Source: a virus
Lineage: Duplodnaviria; Caudoviricetes
Direction: 5' to 3' (one strand)
Virus record (IMG/VR): IMGVR_UViG_3300022868_000022
Location: 1 to 58,245 of that record
Length of the DNA: 58,245 bases
Each line of letters starts with the position of its first letter. The stretch's first letter is position 1. The notes below the pieces were generated by a model. The model saw only the letters and a list, made by a program, of their open reading frames with translations, was not told the DNA's origin and did not search any database. This document shows, in pieces, positions 9,350-19,066 of this stretch. A program made the translations under genes and the position numbers.

Positions 9350-9610
9350 ATGAGATTTGAAAAATATTTAACAGAAAAGGATATTAAAACAACACCAATA
9401 GAAAATGCTATTATAAAGGGTATAGAACGATATGGATTTTTTTTTGATGAAAAGACAAAAAAATCTTTAGAGTTTATATCAAATGGTGGAAGTACATATG
9501 ATCAAGCTAAAAAAGCTATATCTAAAATAAAATCAGCATATAAAGAGATTAAAAAGACTAACATTACAGAAGTTGAAGATGAATATGTTATAGAAATAAT
9601 ATTAAAATAA
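9350..9610 (+). CDS. Putative internal head protein
   Basis: MRFEKYLTE; AGGAG RBS. Confidence 0.65.
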   Translation: MRFEKYLTEKDIKTTPIENAIIKGIERYGFFFDEKTKKSLEFISNGGSTYDQAKKAISKIKSAYKEIKKTNITEVEDEYVIEIILK

Positions 9611-9621
9611 GAGGGGATAAT

Positions 9622-11052
9622 ATGAATATAATAGAAAAATTAGAACAGTATAGTACTGATAAACTTGATGAATCAGGTATAAGAAACATGAAAAAATGGG
9701 CAAAGACTTTTAATAAAGCTGTATGCTATTATCATCAAGATACTGATGGTGTTACATCTGCAATATGCATGAAAGCTTACTTAGAACAGTATAAAATAAA
9801 GACTGTAGATTGTCATATGATACAATATGGAGGTTTAGAATTTGCAGTACAAGCACCACAAAAGGGTATGCTAGTTTATGCGGTTGATTTTGCTCATGCT
9901 AAACCTATATTTCAAATATGGACCGATCATCATGATTCTGAACATATAGGAGCAACAAAAGATATGTCAGTATCTTTTATTAAATCACCAGCTAATGTAT
10001 CACATATATCAATGACTATATCACCTAGAGATATATTTCCATCAAGAGATATACAAATTATATCAACAGTTGATTCAGCCGATTTTGCATCACAAGATTT
10101 AACTCCTGATGATATTATGAGAGCAGCATTTAAAGTAGATAAAAAAATATCAATAGAGAAAAATCATAAAGCAATGGGTCTTGTTGTTAATAAATTGCTT
10201 CTTTCTTATAAAAATAAAAAAGGATTTCTTGATAAATTAGTAATGACAGCTAAACCATCTCTTATATCAATATATACTACAATAGTCAATTTAGCTAAAA
10301 AAGAGGGGTACAATCCTCCTGAAGAAATAGAAAGAAATCAAGCAGCATATAACGCACAACAAAAAGGAAAATCAAAAGTAGGCAAATTAAGCGATATAAA
10401 GAATATTAAATGTGGTGAGTCTATTGAAGTAGGTAACACAGTTTGCCAATACGGTGGTGGTGCAATGGGAAAAGGTAAGCAATACGACAGGTATACAGTA
10501 TTTAAAAATCACCCTACAGTGGACTTCCTTTGCATAGGATGGCCTATGGGATTAATTCAAGCTTCTAAAAATCCATTTAAAGGCGGAGATACGCCAGTTC
10601 ATTTAGGTAAACTTGTATTAGGTAAAGTAATGTTGAAATATAAAAGTGCACTATCTAAAGATATTAATTTATCATATCTAAAAAGAACTTATGAATCTGA
10701 TATACTTAAAAAAGGTTTAGTTGGTTCTATAGGATATACATTTGATGACCTTATTAATTCATTTACTAATGATCAAATAAAAGGAATTGATTTAGAGAAG
10801 ACAGGTAAATGGAAGGATATTATAAAAGATATTACTAATAAACAATATAAAGATCTTAGTTTCAAACAAAAGAAAATATTAGATACAATAAGTATTAGTG
10901 CATGGGATATTGTTATGAGTCAGAGCGGTGGCCACAAGGCAATAACTAATGTGACTAATTTAAATTTTCTTGGTAAAGGTTATACAGATATAATGAAAAA
11001 AATTATGACGGATATAGTAACTGAATTACAGAAGTATAAATTAGAGGGTTAA
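9622..11052 (+). CDS. DHH/DHHA1 phosphoesterase
   Basis: HQDTDG.SA, VDFA, TDHH, SGGHKA motifs; leader-like MNIIEKLEQY..KLDE. Confidence 0.82.
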   Translation: MNIIEKLEQYSTDKLDESGIRNMKKWAKTFNKAVCYYHQDTDGVTSAICMKAYLEQYKIKTVDCHMIQYGGLEFAVQAPQKGMLVYAVDFAHAKPIFQIWTDHHDSEHIGATKDMSVSFIKSPANVSHISMTISPRDIFPSRDIQIISTVDSADFASQDLTPDDIMRAAFKVDKKISIEKNHKAMGLVVNKLLLSYKNKKGFLDKLVMTAKPSLISIYTTIVNLAKKEGYNPPEEIERNQAAYNAQQKGKSKVGKLSDIKNIKCGESIEVGNTVCQYGGGAMGKGKQYDRYTVFKNHPTVDFLCIGWPMGLIQASKNPFKGGDTPVHLGKLVLGKVMLKYKSALSKDINLSYLKRTYESDILKKGLVGSIGYTFDDLINSFTNDQIKGIDLEKTGKWKDIIKDITNKQYKDLSFKQKKILDTISISAWDIVMSQSGGHKAITNVTNLNFLGKGYTDIMKKIMTDIVTELQKYKLEG

Positions 11053-11055
11053 TTA

Positions 11056-11063
11056 TATAAATA
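11056..11063 (+). promoter_or_regulatory. T4-type late promoter TATAAATA
   Basis: Exact consensus, intergenic. Confidence 0.65.
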
Positions 11064-11079
11064 TAATAAGAGGTGATAA

Positions 11080-11379
11080 ATGAGATTTAAAAAATATATA
11101 AATGAAAGTTCTTCAACAGTATATACTGAAAAGGTTAAGAAAAGTGATCTATCAAACGCTGATTGGAAAAAATTAGATAAATATGGTAACTTTGATGAAT
11201 CACTTCCATTTTTGATTAAGATACTTAAAAAGAAAGGATATACATATAAAGGTAAAACACCTGGTAAATATAGTTCAGAGTATTGGACAAAAAAAGGAGA
11301 GAAGTGGAGAAATACTGGTGATTTTGAATTATATGATGGTGGTTTTATAGATATGGAATTAATATTAATGCATAATTGA
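11080..11379 (+). CDS. Putative internal head protein
   Basis: MRFKKYINE; GAGGTG RBS. Confidence 0.65.
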   Translation: MRFKKYINESSSTVYTEKVKKSDLSNADWKKLDKYGNFDESLPFLIKILKKKGYTYKGKTPGKYSSEYWTKKGEKWRNTGDFELYDGGFIDMELILMHN

Positions 11380-11398
11380 TAAATTAATGGAGAATAAT

Positions 11399-11593
11399 AT
11401 GAACATAACAGATAAGATAACAGACTATTTGAATGAAAATAAAATTGATGATTTTGTTAATAAATTTAAAAATAAAATGGGCAAAGATACCACAGAACAA
11501 ACAGCAAAAGGTTGGGTTGATGGTATAGGTGAATTAAGTAAATCAGATAAAAAGAAATTATTAGGTAAAATTTTAAATTATATAGAGGCTTAA
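11399..11593 (+). CDS. Putative internal head protein
   Basis: Start after GGAG gives MNITDKITDYLNE. Confidence 0.6.
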   Translation: MNITDKITDYLNENKIDDFVNKFKNKMGKDTTEQTAKGWVDGIGELSKSDKKKLLGKILNYIEA

Positions 11594-11599
11594 TAAAAT

Positions 11600-11815
11600 A
11601 TGAAAATAAAAGAAACTACAAATAAATATTTAACAGAAAAACTAAAAGCAAGAAGTAGTAAATCAAATAAAATAGAAGATAAAGTTTATGATATGCTGTC
11701 TGGATCAGATTTTGAGAGATGGTATCCAAAAGATTATATAGACCATATAGAAGGAGCTCCTAAAGCTAAATCAAGAGATGATATCATCTCTGATATTAAA
11801 ACTATGTTGAGATAA
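11600..11815 (+). CDS. Putative internal head protein
   Basis: MKIKETTNKYLTE. Confidence 0.6.
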   Translation: MKIKETTNKYLTEKLKARSSKSNKIEDKVYDMLSGSDFERWYPKDYIDHIEGAPKAKSRDDIISDIKTMLR

Positions 11816-11820
11816 AAATA

Positions 11821-12282
11821 ATGAGATTTAAAAAACTAATAGAAGCTACTATAACTAAAGGATATCCAGATACAGGTGGTATAGCAAGTGATGATGACTA
11901 TCCACCAGGAAATATTATTATTGGTCCTAAATATAAAAAGATTTATGTAGAACAGCCAAAAACAGGTGTTAAAATTGTTAAATATATTGAAGTTGATGAT
12001 TTTATGTGGGATGAATTTGATGGATGTGTTGGTATGCATAGAATGTCTAATTATGACAAGACTTTATTAACAATGATTCCTGTATATGGTGATAGAATGT
12101 TTAAGCATATGAGATGGACTGATACTAAAGGATTTGATACCGATCCTGAAAATATAGCACGAAAAAAAATTAGTCATGTTGATCAAAGAAGGGGTTTTGG
12201 TAGAAATGATGTAAATAAAAAAGAATACAAGACTACAAAAGCTAAAGATATAACTGAAATGGTTGATAAATATATAAAATAA
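11821..12282 (+). CDS. Putative internal head protein
   Basis: MRFKKLIE. Confidence 0.6.
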   Translation: MRFKKLIEATITKGYPDTGGIASDDDYPPGNIIIGPKYKKIYVEQPKTGVKIVKYIEVDDFMWDEFDGCVGMHRMSNYDKTLLTMIPVYGDRMFKHMRWTDTKGFDTDPENIARKKISHVDQRRGFGRNDVNKKEYKTTKAKDITEMVDKYIK

Positions 12283-12285
12283 GAA

Positions 12286-12882
12286 ATGGTAATTTATAAA
12301 GTAACAAATAAAATAAATGGCAAATGTTATATTGGTCAAACAATATTAACAATTAATAAAAGAAAATCTGGGCATATTTATAAAAGTTTGAAAAAAAGTG
12401 ATAATTGTTATTTTCATAAAGCTATTAGAAAATATGGTAAAGATAATTTTTTATGGGAAATTATTTGTGAATGTAAAACTAAAAAAGAATTAAATGAAAA
12501 AGAAATTTATTATATAAAACAACAAAAATCATATGTTAAAGAAAATGGTTATAATTTAACTCATGGTGGTGAAGATAATCCAATGAATTATCAAAAATAT
12601 AGAGATAAAATTTCAAAAGCAAATAGTGGTGAATTAAATCCATTTTTTGGTAAAAAACATACACAAAAAACAATAAATAAAATTAAATCTTTTACTCAAA
12701 GTGATAATCATCCATCTATTAAGAAATGGATTTTAAAACATAAAGATGGCAGATCTTTAATTATTGAAAATCTAGAAAAATTTTGTAGAGAAAATAAATA
12801 TTATTCTGGAAATTTTAGAAATGTTAAAAGTGGTAAATATAAACAATATAGAGGATGGTATTTTTGTGATAATGTATCATAA
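12286..12882 (+). mobile_element. Free-standing GIY-YIG homing endonuclease with NUMOD3 motif
   Basis: VIYKVTNKINGKCYIGQT...R...H...AIRKYG..NF...E..YI...GYN...GG; NPFFGKKHT. Confidence 0.9.
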
Positions 12883-12888
12883 GAAACT

Positions 12889-13719
12889 ATGAGACTTGAA
12901 AATTACTTAAATGAAAATAATATAAAAGATTGGACCGGATATATTAATAATAATAAGATGTTAAAATCCGCTGTAAAAGTATTACAGACTATTAATAAGA
13001 AAGGTTTTAAATGTTATATTGTAGGTGGATGTGTTAGAGATATTGTGTTAGGTATTCAGCCACATGATATTGATATATGTACTAATATGCCTATGGATAG
13101 AATAAGTAAATTATATAAAACTCATGATATAGGCAAATCAAAACAGTTTGGCATAGTCGTTATTAAGCAAGGGTCTTATAATTTTGAGATTGCGCAATTT
13201 CGCCAAGACGGCACATACAAAGATGGTAGACGACCTGATACTGTAAAAATATCAAGCTCTTTTAAAGATGATGCTAAAAGGAGAGATTTTCAAATTAATG
13301 CAATGGCAATTGATAAAGATGGTAATATTATTGATTATTTTAATGGTAAAAAAGATATTAAAAACAAAGTGTTAAAAACTGTAGGTGATCCTAATAAAAG
13401 ATTTGGCGAAGATTATTTAAGGATGTTAAGAGCAGCTCGTTTTTCAGCTAAATTGGATTTTGATATAGAACCAAAAACAAAGAAAGCTATTAAGAAATCT
13501 TCATATCGTATTCAAGATTTATCACCTGAAAGAATTAAAGATGAAATAATGAAAGCAGCATCTCAGTCAGGAGATGTCTTTGCTAAGTACCTAAATACAT
13601 TAGATGAATTGAATTTACTAAAATATATATTTCCAGAAATTATGAACTTAAAATGGTTTAAAGAAAATATGAAACATCATCCTGAAACATCTGGTTATGT
13701 AAGAAGAATTATAGAATGA
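12889..13719 (+). CDS. cca: CCA-adding enzyme/poly(A) polymerase family nucleotidyltransferase, N-terminal half, with leader
   Basis: VGGCVRD, DIDI, EIAQFR, DAKRRDFQINAMA, RFGEDYLRMLRAARF, SPERI.DE; ends HHPE+10 aa. Confidence 0.9.
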   Translation: MRLENYLNENNIKDWTGYINNNKMLKSAVKVLQTINKKGFKCYIVGGCVRDIVLGIQPHDIDICTNMPMDRISKLYKTHDIGKSKQFGIVVIKQGSYNFEIAQFRQDGTYKDGRRPDTVKISSSFKDDAKRRDFQINAMAIDKDGNIIDYFNGKKDIKNKVLKTVGDPNKRFGEDYLRMLRAARFSAKLDFDIEPKTKKAIKKSSYRIQDLSPERIKDEIMKAASQSGDVFAKYLNTLDELNLLKYIFPEIMNLKWFKENMKHHPETSGYVRRIIE

Positions 13720-14468
13720 GATTAATGAACTTTATAAATGAGCAATTAATAGCAGCAAGAAATAAATATGCTGAAGGGAAAAAATTAGGTGAATTAGAAA
13801 AATATGATCGTAATAATCCTGAACATGATGATCCTAAAAAATATTTGTATTTTTCAACAGGAGCTACAGTATATTCACATACCATAGAAGCAATAAAGCA
13901 AGTTAAGATTGATCAGCCATTACAAATGTTAGCTACTGCATTACATGATACAGGTAAAGGTGTTACTCTTAGTGATAAAAAAGGTTTACCTACATATTAT
14001 GGCCATGCTAAAGAGAGTATTGAATTAGTTAATAGCATAGCTGATAGATTAAAAATGAGTAATAAAGAAAGAAATGCTTTGTTGTTTGCTGTAGGCAATC
14101 ATATGAAATTTCATAATATTCTTGGTATGAAAACAAGCAAGATAGTCAAACTTGTTAATGATGATAATTGGGATGTTTTAGTAGCTGTATCTTTCGCAGA
14201 TAGTGCATCAAGAGGTTCTTCATTTATACATGCTGGTGAATTTGAAAAAATAGTTGATAAGTGTATAAAATTAAAAGATAAATACAATATAAAAGAAGTT
14301 AAAAAAAGATTAAAGCTTGTTGATGGTAATCGTGTTATGGAGTTATTAGGATTAAAACCCGGACCTAAAGTTGGCAAAATAATTAAAGAAATATCAGCAT
14401 GGGTTATTGATAATGATATAAAAGATACAAAATTAATAGATGAGAGGATATTAGAATATGAGACTTAA
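13716..14468 (+). CDS. CCA-adding enzyme C-terminal half (HD domain + tail) with its own leader
   Basis: MRLMNFINE; VYSHT, LHDTGKG, YYGHA, NHM, AD, LVDG..VM.LLGLKPGP.VG. Confidence 0.85.
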   Translation: MRLMNFINEQLIAARNKYAEGKKLGELEKYDRNNPEHDDPKKYLYFSTGATVYSHTIEAIKQVKIDQPLQMLATALHDTGKGVTLSDKKGLPTYYGHAKESIELVNSIADRLKMSNKERNALLFAVGNHMKFHNILGMKTSKIVKLVNDDNWDVLVAVSFADSASRGSSFIHAGEFEKIVDKCIKLKDKYNIKEVKKRLKLVDGNRVMELLGLKPGPKVGKIIKEISAWVIDNDIKDTKLIDERILEYET

Positions 14469-15234
14469 ACAATACTTAAATGAAAGTTATACTGCTGAAG
14501 AAGTGGTTGAAATAATTAAAAAAGATTGTCCTAGATCTTATATAGTACAAACTAAAGGAGAATTTTTTTATCGTGGAACTAAAGATTCAATAAATGATAT
14601 CAAAAAATTTAAATCAAGAACTGATAGAATACCAAAAGATACACCTCCTGAATTACATAACATGTTAGATAGTTTGTTTAAAAGGTATCTTGGATGGCAT
14701 GCTAGAAGTGAAGGAACATTCGTTAATGGAAAAAAAGATAATATTAGTGGATATGGTATATCATTTATGTTTTTTCCTATAGGCAAATATGATTTTGTGT
14801 GGTCGCCTAGTATAGAAGATTTATATTCTAAAATAGAACAAAATTATATGTTAGAAGAACCTGAATATTTATTTATAAGTGATTATGATTATGATTATGA
14901 ATATAATGAAGAATCTGGAAATGGAAAATATGAATATGAAGGTATATTATATAATAATATCAATGATATAGAAGATACTAAAAATATAACAGGTAATAAT
15001 ATAGAAAATGATGCTGTATGGATACCTAACATGACATTTGAAGAATATAGAGAAAAATCTATAGATGATTATGAAAACAATAGAGATACTTATTTACATG
15101 ACTTAATTAAAACATATAGTAAAACAAATCTTAATAAAGCAATGAAATCAGGACATGAAGTTATGTTTAGATGTAAAGAATACTATATGGTTGATGCAAA
15201 ATTCAGTAAAATTTTAAGAAAGGAATTATGGTAA
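14458..15234 (+). CDS. Leader-bearing protein, possible ADP-ribosyltransferase fold; paralogue of 16020..16679
   Basis: MRLKQYLNE; FFYRG, DR.P.DT, ARSEG.F, FFP, WS..I.DLY, GHEVMF. Confidence 0.55.
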   Translation: MRLKQYLNESYTAEEVVEIIKKDCPRSYIVQTKGEFFYRGTKDSINDIKKFKSRTDRIPKDTPPELHNMLDSLFKRYLGWHARSEGTFVNGKKDNISGYGISFMFFPIGKYDFVWSPSIEDLYSKIEQNYMLEEPEYLFISDYDYDYEYNEESGNGKYEYEGILYNNINDIEDTKNITGNNIENDAVWIPNMTFEEYREKSIDDYENNRDTYLHDLIKTYSKTNLNKAMKSGHEVMFRCKEYYMVDAKFSKILRKELW

Positions 15235-15243
15235 AGGATAAAT

Positions 15244-16023
15244 ATGAAAGGTTATTATTATTATAAGGCGTTAAGAAAGACTATTATACAATTTTTGGAT
15301 ATCTTTAATGACATTTATGTTGCAAGATATGATGCAGACGGTGTTCTTATTAAGACTTTTAAAGTCCCTCTTAAATTTGCTCCAAAAGAAAAAGTTTACT
15401 ATTATATTTTTGAGAATAATAAGAGAGAAGAAATGTTGCCTATAATGGCTGTAGATATTGCTTCTATTGATTTTGCTGAGGATAGGTTAGTTAATAAACA
15501 TAAAAGAATATCAGTGTCTAAAGATACAACAACAAGTTTAATGTCGTCATATTTAACACCTATACCTTATAACATAACATTCAATCTTAACATATGGTCA
15601 TTATATATTATTGATATTGATCAGATATATGAGCAAATACTACCATTCTTTACACCATATATTTTTATAAGAGTGTATATACCTGAATTGGATTCAACAT
15701 TTGATATAAAGGTTATATTACAAGGAAGCTCATCTGAGTCAACATTAGAGATGGGTGAGGAAGATGAAAGAATTATAAAATGGAATTCTTCATTTGTAGT
15801 TCAAACATACTTATTTAAACCATTATCAGATGTTGGTATAGTTAAAAAGGTATTTCCAAGATTGTTTACTAGTAAAACTGGATTTGGGAATAGAAATACC
15901 GAATCAATTTTTACATCAGGTGCAGCACCATCTGCTGCAGCGGAATCAATGTTTCTTGAAGGAACTGGCTATGATGCTGATGCTGCAATACTATATGATT
16001 ATGAGGTATTTCCTAAACAATGA
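15244..16023 (+). CDS. gp15: Tail sheath stabiliser/terminator (T4 gp15)
   Basis: YYY..LRK.I..F..IFNDI...KVPLKFAPKEK...PIPYN..F.L...QI.EQILPFF.P. Confidence 0.9.
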   Translation: MKGYYYYKALRKTIIQFLDIFNDIYVARYDADGVLIKTFKVPLKFAPKEKVYYYIFENNKREEMLPIMAVDIASIDFAEDRLVNKHKRISVSKDTTTSLMSSYLTPIPYNITFNLNIWSLYIIDIDQIYEQILPFFTPYIFIRVYIPELDSTFDIKVILQGSSSESTLEMGEEDERIIKWNSSFVVQTYLFKPLSDVGIVKKVFPRLFTSKTGFGNRNTESIFTSGAAPSAAAESMFLEGTGYDADAAILYDYEVFPKQ

Positions 16024-16679
16024 GACTTAAACGATATTTAAAAGAAGATGGTAATATTGACAGTATAATAGATAATCTTAAAAAAGATTGTAAGCCATTT
16101 CTTGATCAAGTTAAGAATTCATTCTTTTATAGAGGATATAAAGGTGATTTTGTTAAAGATATTAAGAAAGTTAAATCTAGAATAGATAGACGACCATCTG
16201 ATACTATAATTGATGTGCATAATACGTTAGATGATCTGTTCAAAAAAAAATTTGGATGGAAAGCAAGAAGTGAAGGAGTATTTGCTACAGGAAGTGAATA
16301 TCAAGCTTGTCAATATGGCATATCATATTTATTTTTCCCTATAGCAAAATTTAATTTTATATGGTCACTTGATATTATTGATTTATATATAAAAATAAGT
16401 AAAGATAATTTTAATGGTGCATACTCTGTTACAAGAGGTGAATATAAATATGATAAAGATAAAAAAGAATTTATAACATTTGAAGAATGGAAGCAAGAAA
16501 AATTTGAAGAGCATAATAAAAAGCAAGAAGAATTTTTTAACAAACTTGCTAAATTATATAGTAAAACAAATCTTAATAAAGCAATGAAATCAGGACATGA
16601 AGTTATGTTTAAATGTAAAGAATATTATTTAGTGAATACTAGTTTAAAAAAATATTTATTAAAGGAATTATGGAAATAA
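16020..16679 (+). CDS. Leader-bearing protein, possible ADP-ribosyltransferase fold; paralogue of 14458..15234
   Basis: MRLKRYLKE; FFYRG, FATGS, GHEVMF; 56-nt identical block shared with paralogue. Confidence 0.55.
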   Translation: MRLKRYLKEDGNIDSIIDNLKKDCKPFLDQVKNSFFYRGYKGDFVKDIKKVKSRIDRRPSDTIIDVHNTLDDLFKKKFGWKARSEGVFATGSEYQACQYGISYLFFPIAKFNFIWSLDIIDLYIKISKDNFNGAYSVTRGEYKYDKDKKEFITFEEWKQEKFEEHNKKQEEFFNKLAKLYSKTNLNKAMKSGHEVMFKCKEYYLVNTSLKKYLLKELWK

Positions 16680-17180
16680 ATGCCAAACATAGAATTAAAT
16701 AAAACCACTAGTGCTAATTTTGAATTAGTTTTTCCTGTATTACCATCAGAGACTACATTAGATGCTGCAGATGAATTTGTATTAAACATATCTAATACAA
16801 CAATACCTGCTACAACATTAGATGAAGAAGAGCATAGATGGCAAGCATTTAAAACAACAGTACATCAGGGTGGTGTAACTTTTGATCCATTAACAGTAAC
16901 ATTTATAGTTGACGCGTCTTATAAGAACTGGAAATTATTGTTTGAATGGCTGACATATATAAATAATAATTATAATAAAGCTGATGAAGAGCATGCTGCA
17001 TATGTTATAGACACCACATTAAATATAAAAGACAATTTTAATACATCTGTTTTATCATTATCATTTGTCAATATGTGGGTTCAATCTCTTGGTGATGTAA
17101 GTATAAGCTATAGAGAAGGTGAAGTTGTTACAGAATGTCAAGCTACCTTTAGATATGATAGATATGAGATAAAAGAATAA
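16680..17180 (+). CDS. gp3: Tail tube terminator/completion protein (gp3/gp19 fold)
   Basis: NFEL...IP...FDPLTVTFIVD...NW..L.EW...W...LG.V...ATFRY. Confidence 0.75.
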   Translation: MPNIELNKTTSANFELVFPVLPSETTLDAADEFVLNISNTTIPATTLDEEEHRWQAFKTTVHQGGVTFDPLTVTFIVDASYKNWKLLFEWLTYINNNYNKADEEHAAYVIDTTLNIKDNFNTSVLSLSFVNMWVQSLGDVSISYREGEVVTECQATFRYDRYEIKE

Positions 17181-17194
17181 AAATAGAATAAAAA

Positions 17195-17241
17195 TATAAA
17201 TAGAATTAAGAATACAAAAAATAAAGAGAAATGTATAAATA
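17195..17241 (+). promoter_or_regulatory. Tandem late promoters TATAAATA (17195-17202, 17234-17241)
   Basis: Two exact copies upstream of the sheath gene. Confidence 0.8.
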
Positions 17242-17275
17242 GTATTAAAGATTTTATATATTTAGGAGGATAAAC

Positions 17276-19009
17276 ATGGGATTTTATTTAAGTCCAATAG
17301 TAGATATTAATGAGGTTGATTTAAGCACAACAATACCTGCTGTTGCTACATCTATTGGTGTGATTATATTAAGAGGGACATATAAAGGCCCTGAAAGAAA
17401 AACAACATTGATAACAAATATTGATGATTTAATCACTACTTTTGGTAAGCCAACAAGTACAGCGGATTGTTATAGAGATATTTTATCAGCTGCAGGATTT
17501 TTAAAATATGGTAATAAATTATATTGTACTCGGTCAATGGCCGCAGGTGCAACATTTTCAGGTACTAAAGCAACAAGTGGTGCATCAGCAACATTTGTCC
17601 CATATACGGTAGATAATGCTTATAAATTAACAGATTTTAATAGTGAAGATCCTGATGAATTTGCTGATGAAGTAGCACCATCTGGAACAGACCCAATGTG
17701 GTTTATAGCTAATTCAAGAGGAACAAATGGTAATAATGTAAGAATAGCTGTAGTTGATTATACTACTTATACAGCAATGATACAAGAAGGTACGCATAGT
17801 GATTGGGCAACATATTCAGATATTGTAAGTATTGATAGCCCAATGGATGATACTACTGATTTTCTTGTTGTTGTATCAGCAAAAGATCAAGGTGAAACTA
17901 CATGGACAGTAAAAGAATCATGGAATGTATCAACAGATGAAGATAAAACAGATGATGAGGGTGTTAAAAAGTTTGCTGAAACCGTAATAAATGGTAGATC
18001 AAAATATATTGAAATAGCTCTTAATCCATTACAAGTTGATAATACAATAACATTAAGTACTGAAGATTATCAACAATTTGGTGGTGGTCAAATAGATGAT
18101 GCTGTAACTCCTTTAGGTATAACAGATGCTATTATAATGACTGACTTAGATTTATATTCAAATGCTGAAGATATTGATGTTAATATTTTTATAGATTCTG
18201 ATAAATCAACTACTATAAAACAGTATATAACAACTATATGTGGTACTACTAGAAAAGATTGTATAGGTATTTTAGATTGTTTATACGCTGATGTTGTAAA
18301 TAATAGTGGTAGTGAAGCAACTGATCTTAGATTATTTAGAAACACTACTTTAAATGAAAATGATAGCTATGTAAGTCTATATGGTAATTGGCTTAATGTT
18401 TATGATAAATGGAATGGTAGATATAGATGGGTGCCAGTATCAGGATATGTTGGTGGTATTTTTGCTAATACAGATGATGTAACCGATCCTTGGTTTGCAC
18501 CAGCAGGTCTTAATAGAGCCTTATTAACAAGTGTTAGAAAACTTGCATGGAATCCAACATTAGGTGAGAGGGATATACTTTATAAGAATGGTATTAATCC
18601 TATTGTAAGTTTTTCTGGACAAGGTAAAGTCGTGTGGGGCCAAAAAACATTATTAGATAAAAGTTCAGCTTTTAATAGAATTAATGTAAGAAGATTGTTC
18701 TTGGTTCTTGAAAAGGCTATAAGTACTGCTAGTAAATACTTCTTATTTGAACCAAATGATAATCTTACACGTTTGCTATTAATGAATATGATAGATCCAT
18801 TTTTGAGAGATGTAAGAAGTCGTAGAGGGGTTTATGAATATCTGGTAGTATGTGATGAAACTAATAATACAGGAGAACGTATAGATAGAAATGAATTATG
18901 GTGTGATATTTATATTAAACCAACTCGTGCGGCAGAATTTATTGTACTTAATTTTATAGCAACAAAGACTGGCGTATCATTTACTGAAATACAAAGTGGT
19001 TCTGCTTAG
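17276..19009 (+). CDS. gp18: Tail sheath protein (T4 gp18)
   Basis: LSP.V.I.EVD, FGKP, PWFAPAGLNR, RD.LY..GINP, WGQKT, RINVRRLF, LFEPND, IKPTRAAEFI.LNF. Confidence 0.97.
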   Translation: MGFYLSPIVDINEVDLSTTIPAVATSIGVIILRGTYKGPERKTTLITNIDDLITTFGKPTSTADCYRDILSAAGFLKYGNKLYCTRSMAAGATFSGTKATSGASATFVPYTVDNAYKLTDFNSEDPDEFADEVAPSGTDPMWFIANSRGTNGNNVRIAVVDYTTYTAMIQEGTHSDWATYSDIVSIDSPMDDTTDFLVVVSAKDQGETTWTVKESWNVSTDEDKTDDEGVKKFAETVINGRSKYIEIALNPLQVDNTITLSTEDYQQFGGGQIDDAVTPLGITDAIIMTDLDLYSNAEDIDVNIFIDSDKSTTIKQYITTICGTTRKDCIGILDCLYADVVNNSGSEATDLRLFRNTTLNENDSYVSLYGNWLNVYDKWNGRYRWVPVSGYVGGIFANTDDVTDPWFAPAGLNRALLTSVRKLAWNPTLGERDILYKNGINPIVSFSGQGKVVWGQKTLLDKSSAFNRINVRRLFLVLEKAISTASKYFLFEPNDNLTRLLLMNMIDPFLRDVRSRRGVYEYLVVCDETNNTGERIDRNELWCDIYIKPTRAAEFIVLNFIATKTGVSFTEIQSGSA

Positions 19010-19066
19010 AATAAGAGAAATAAAATAAAAATAAATGTATAAAAATATACATTAGGAGGATATATC

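Noticed and set aside
13680-13880. Split intein or group I intron in cca
   Set aside because: No intein blocks (no C-terminal HN followed by C/S/T; the HT belongs to the HD motif); interval short, AT-rich and coding, with no intron core seen
14458-16679. Diversity-generating retroelement TR/VR pair
   Set aside because: Shared block is identical rather than A-mutated, both copies are coding, and no reverse transcriptase is present
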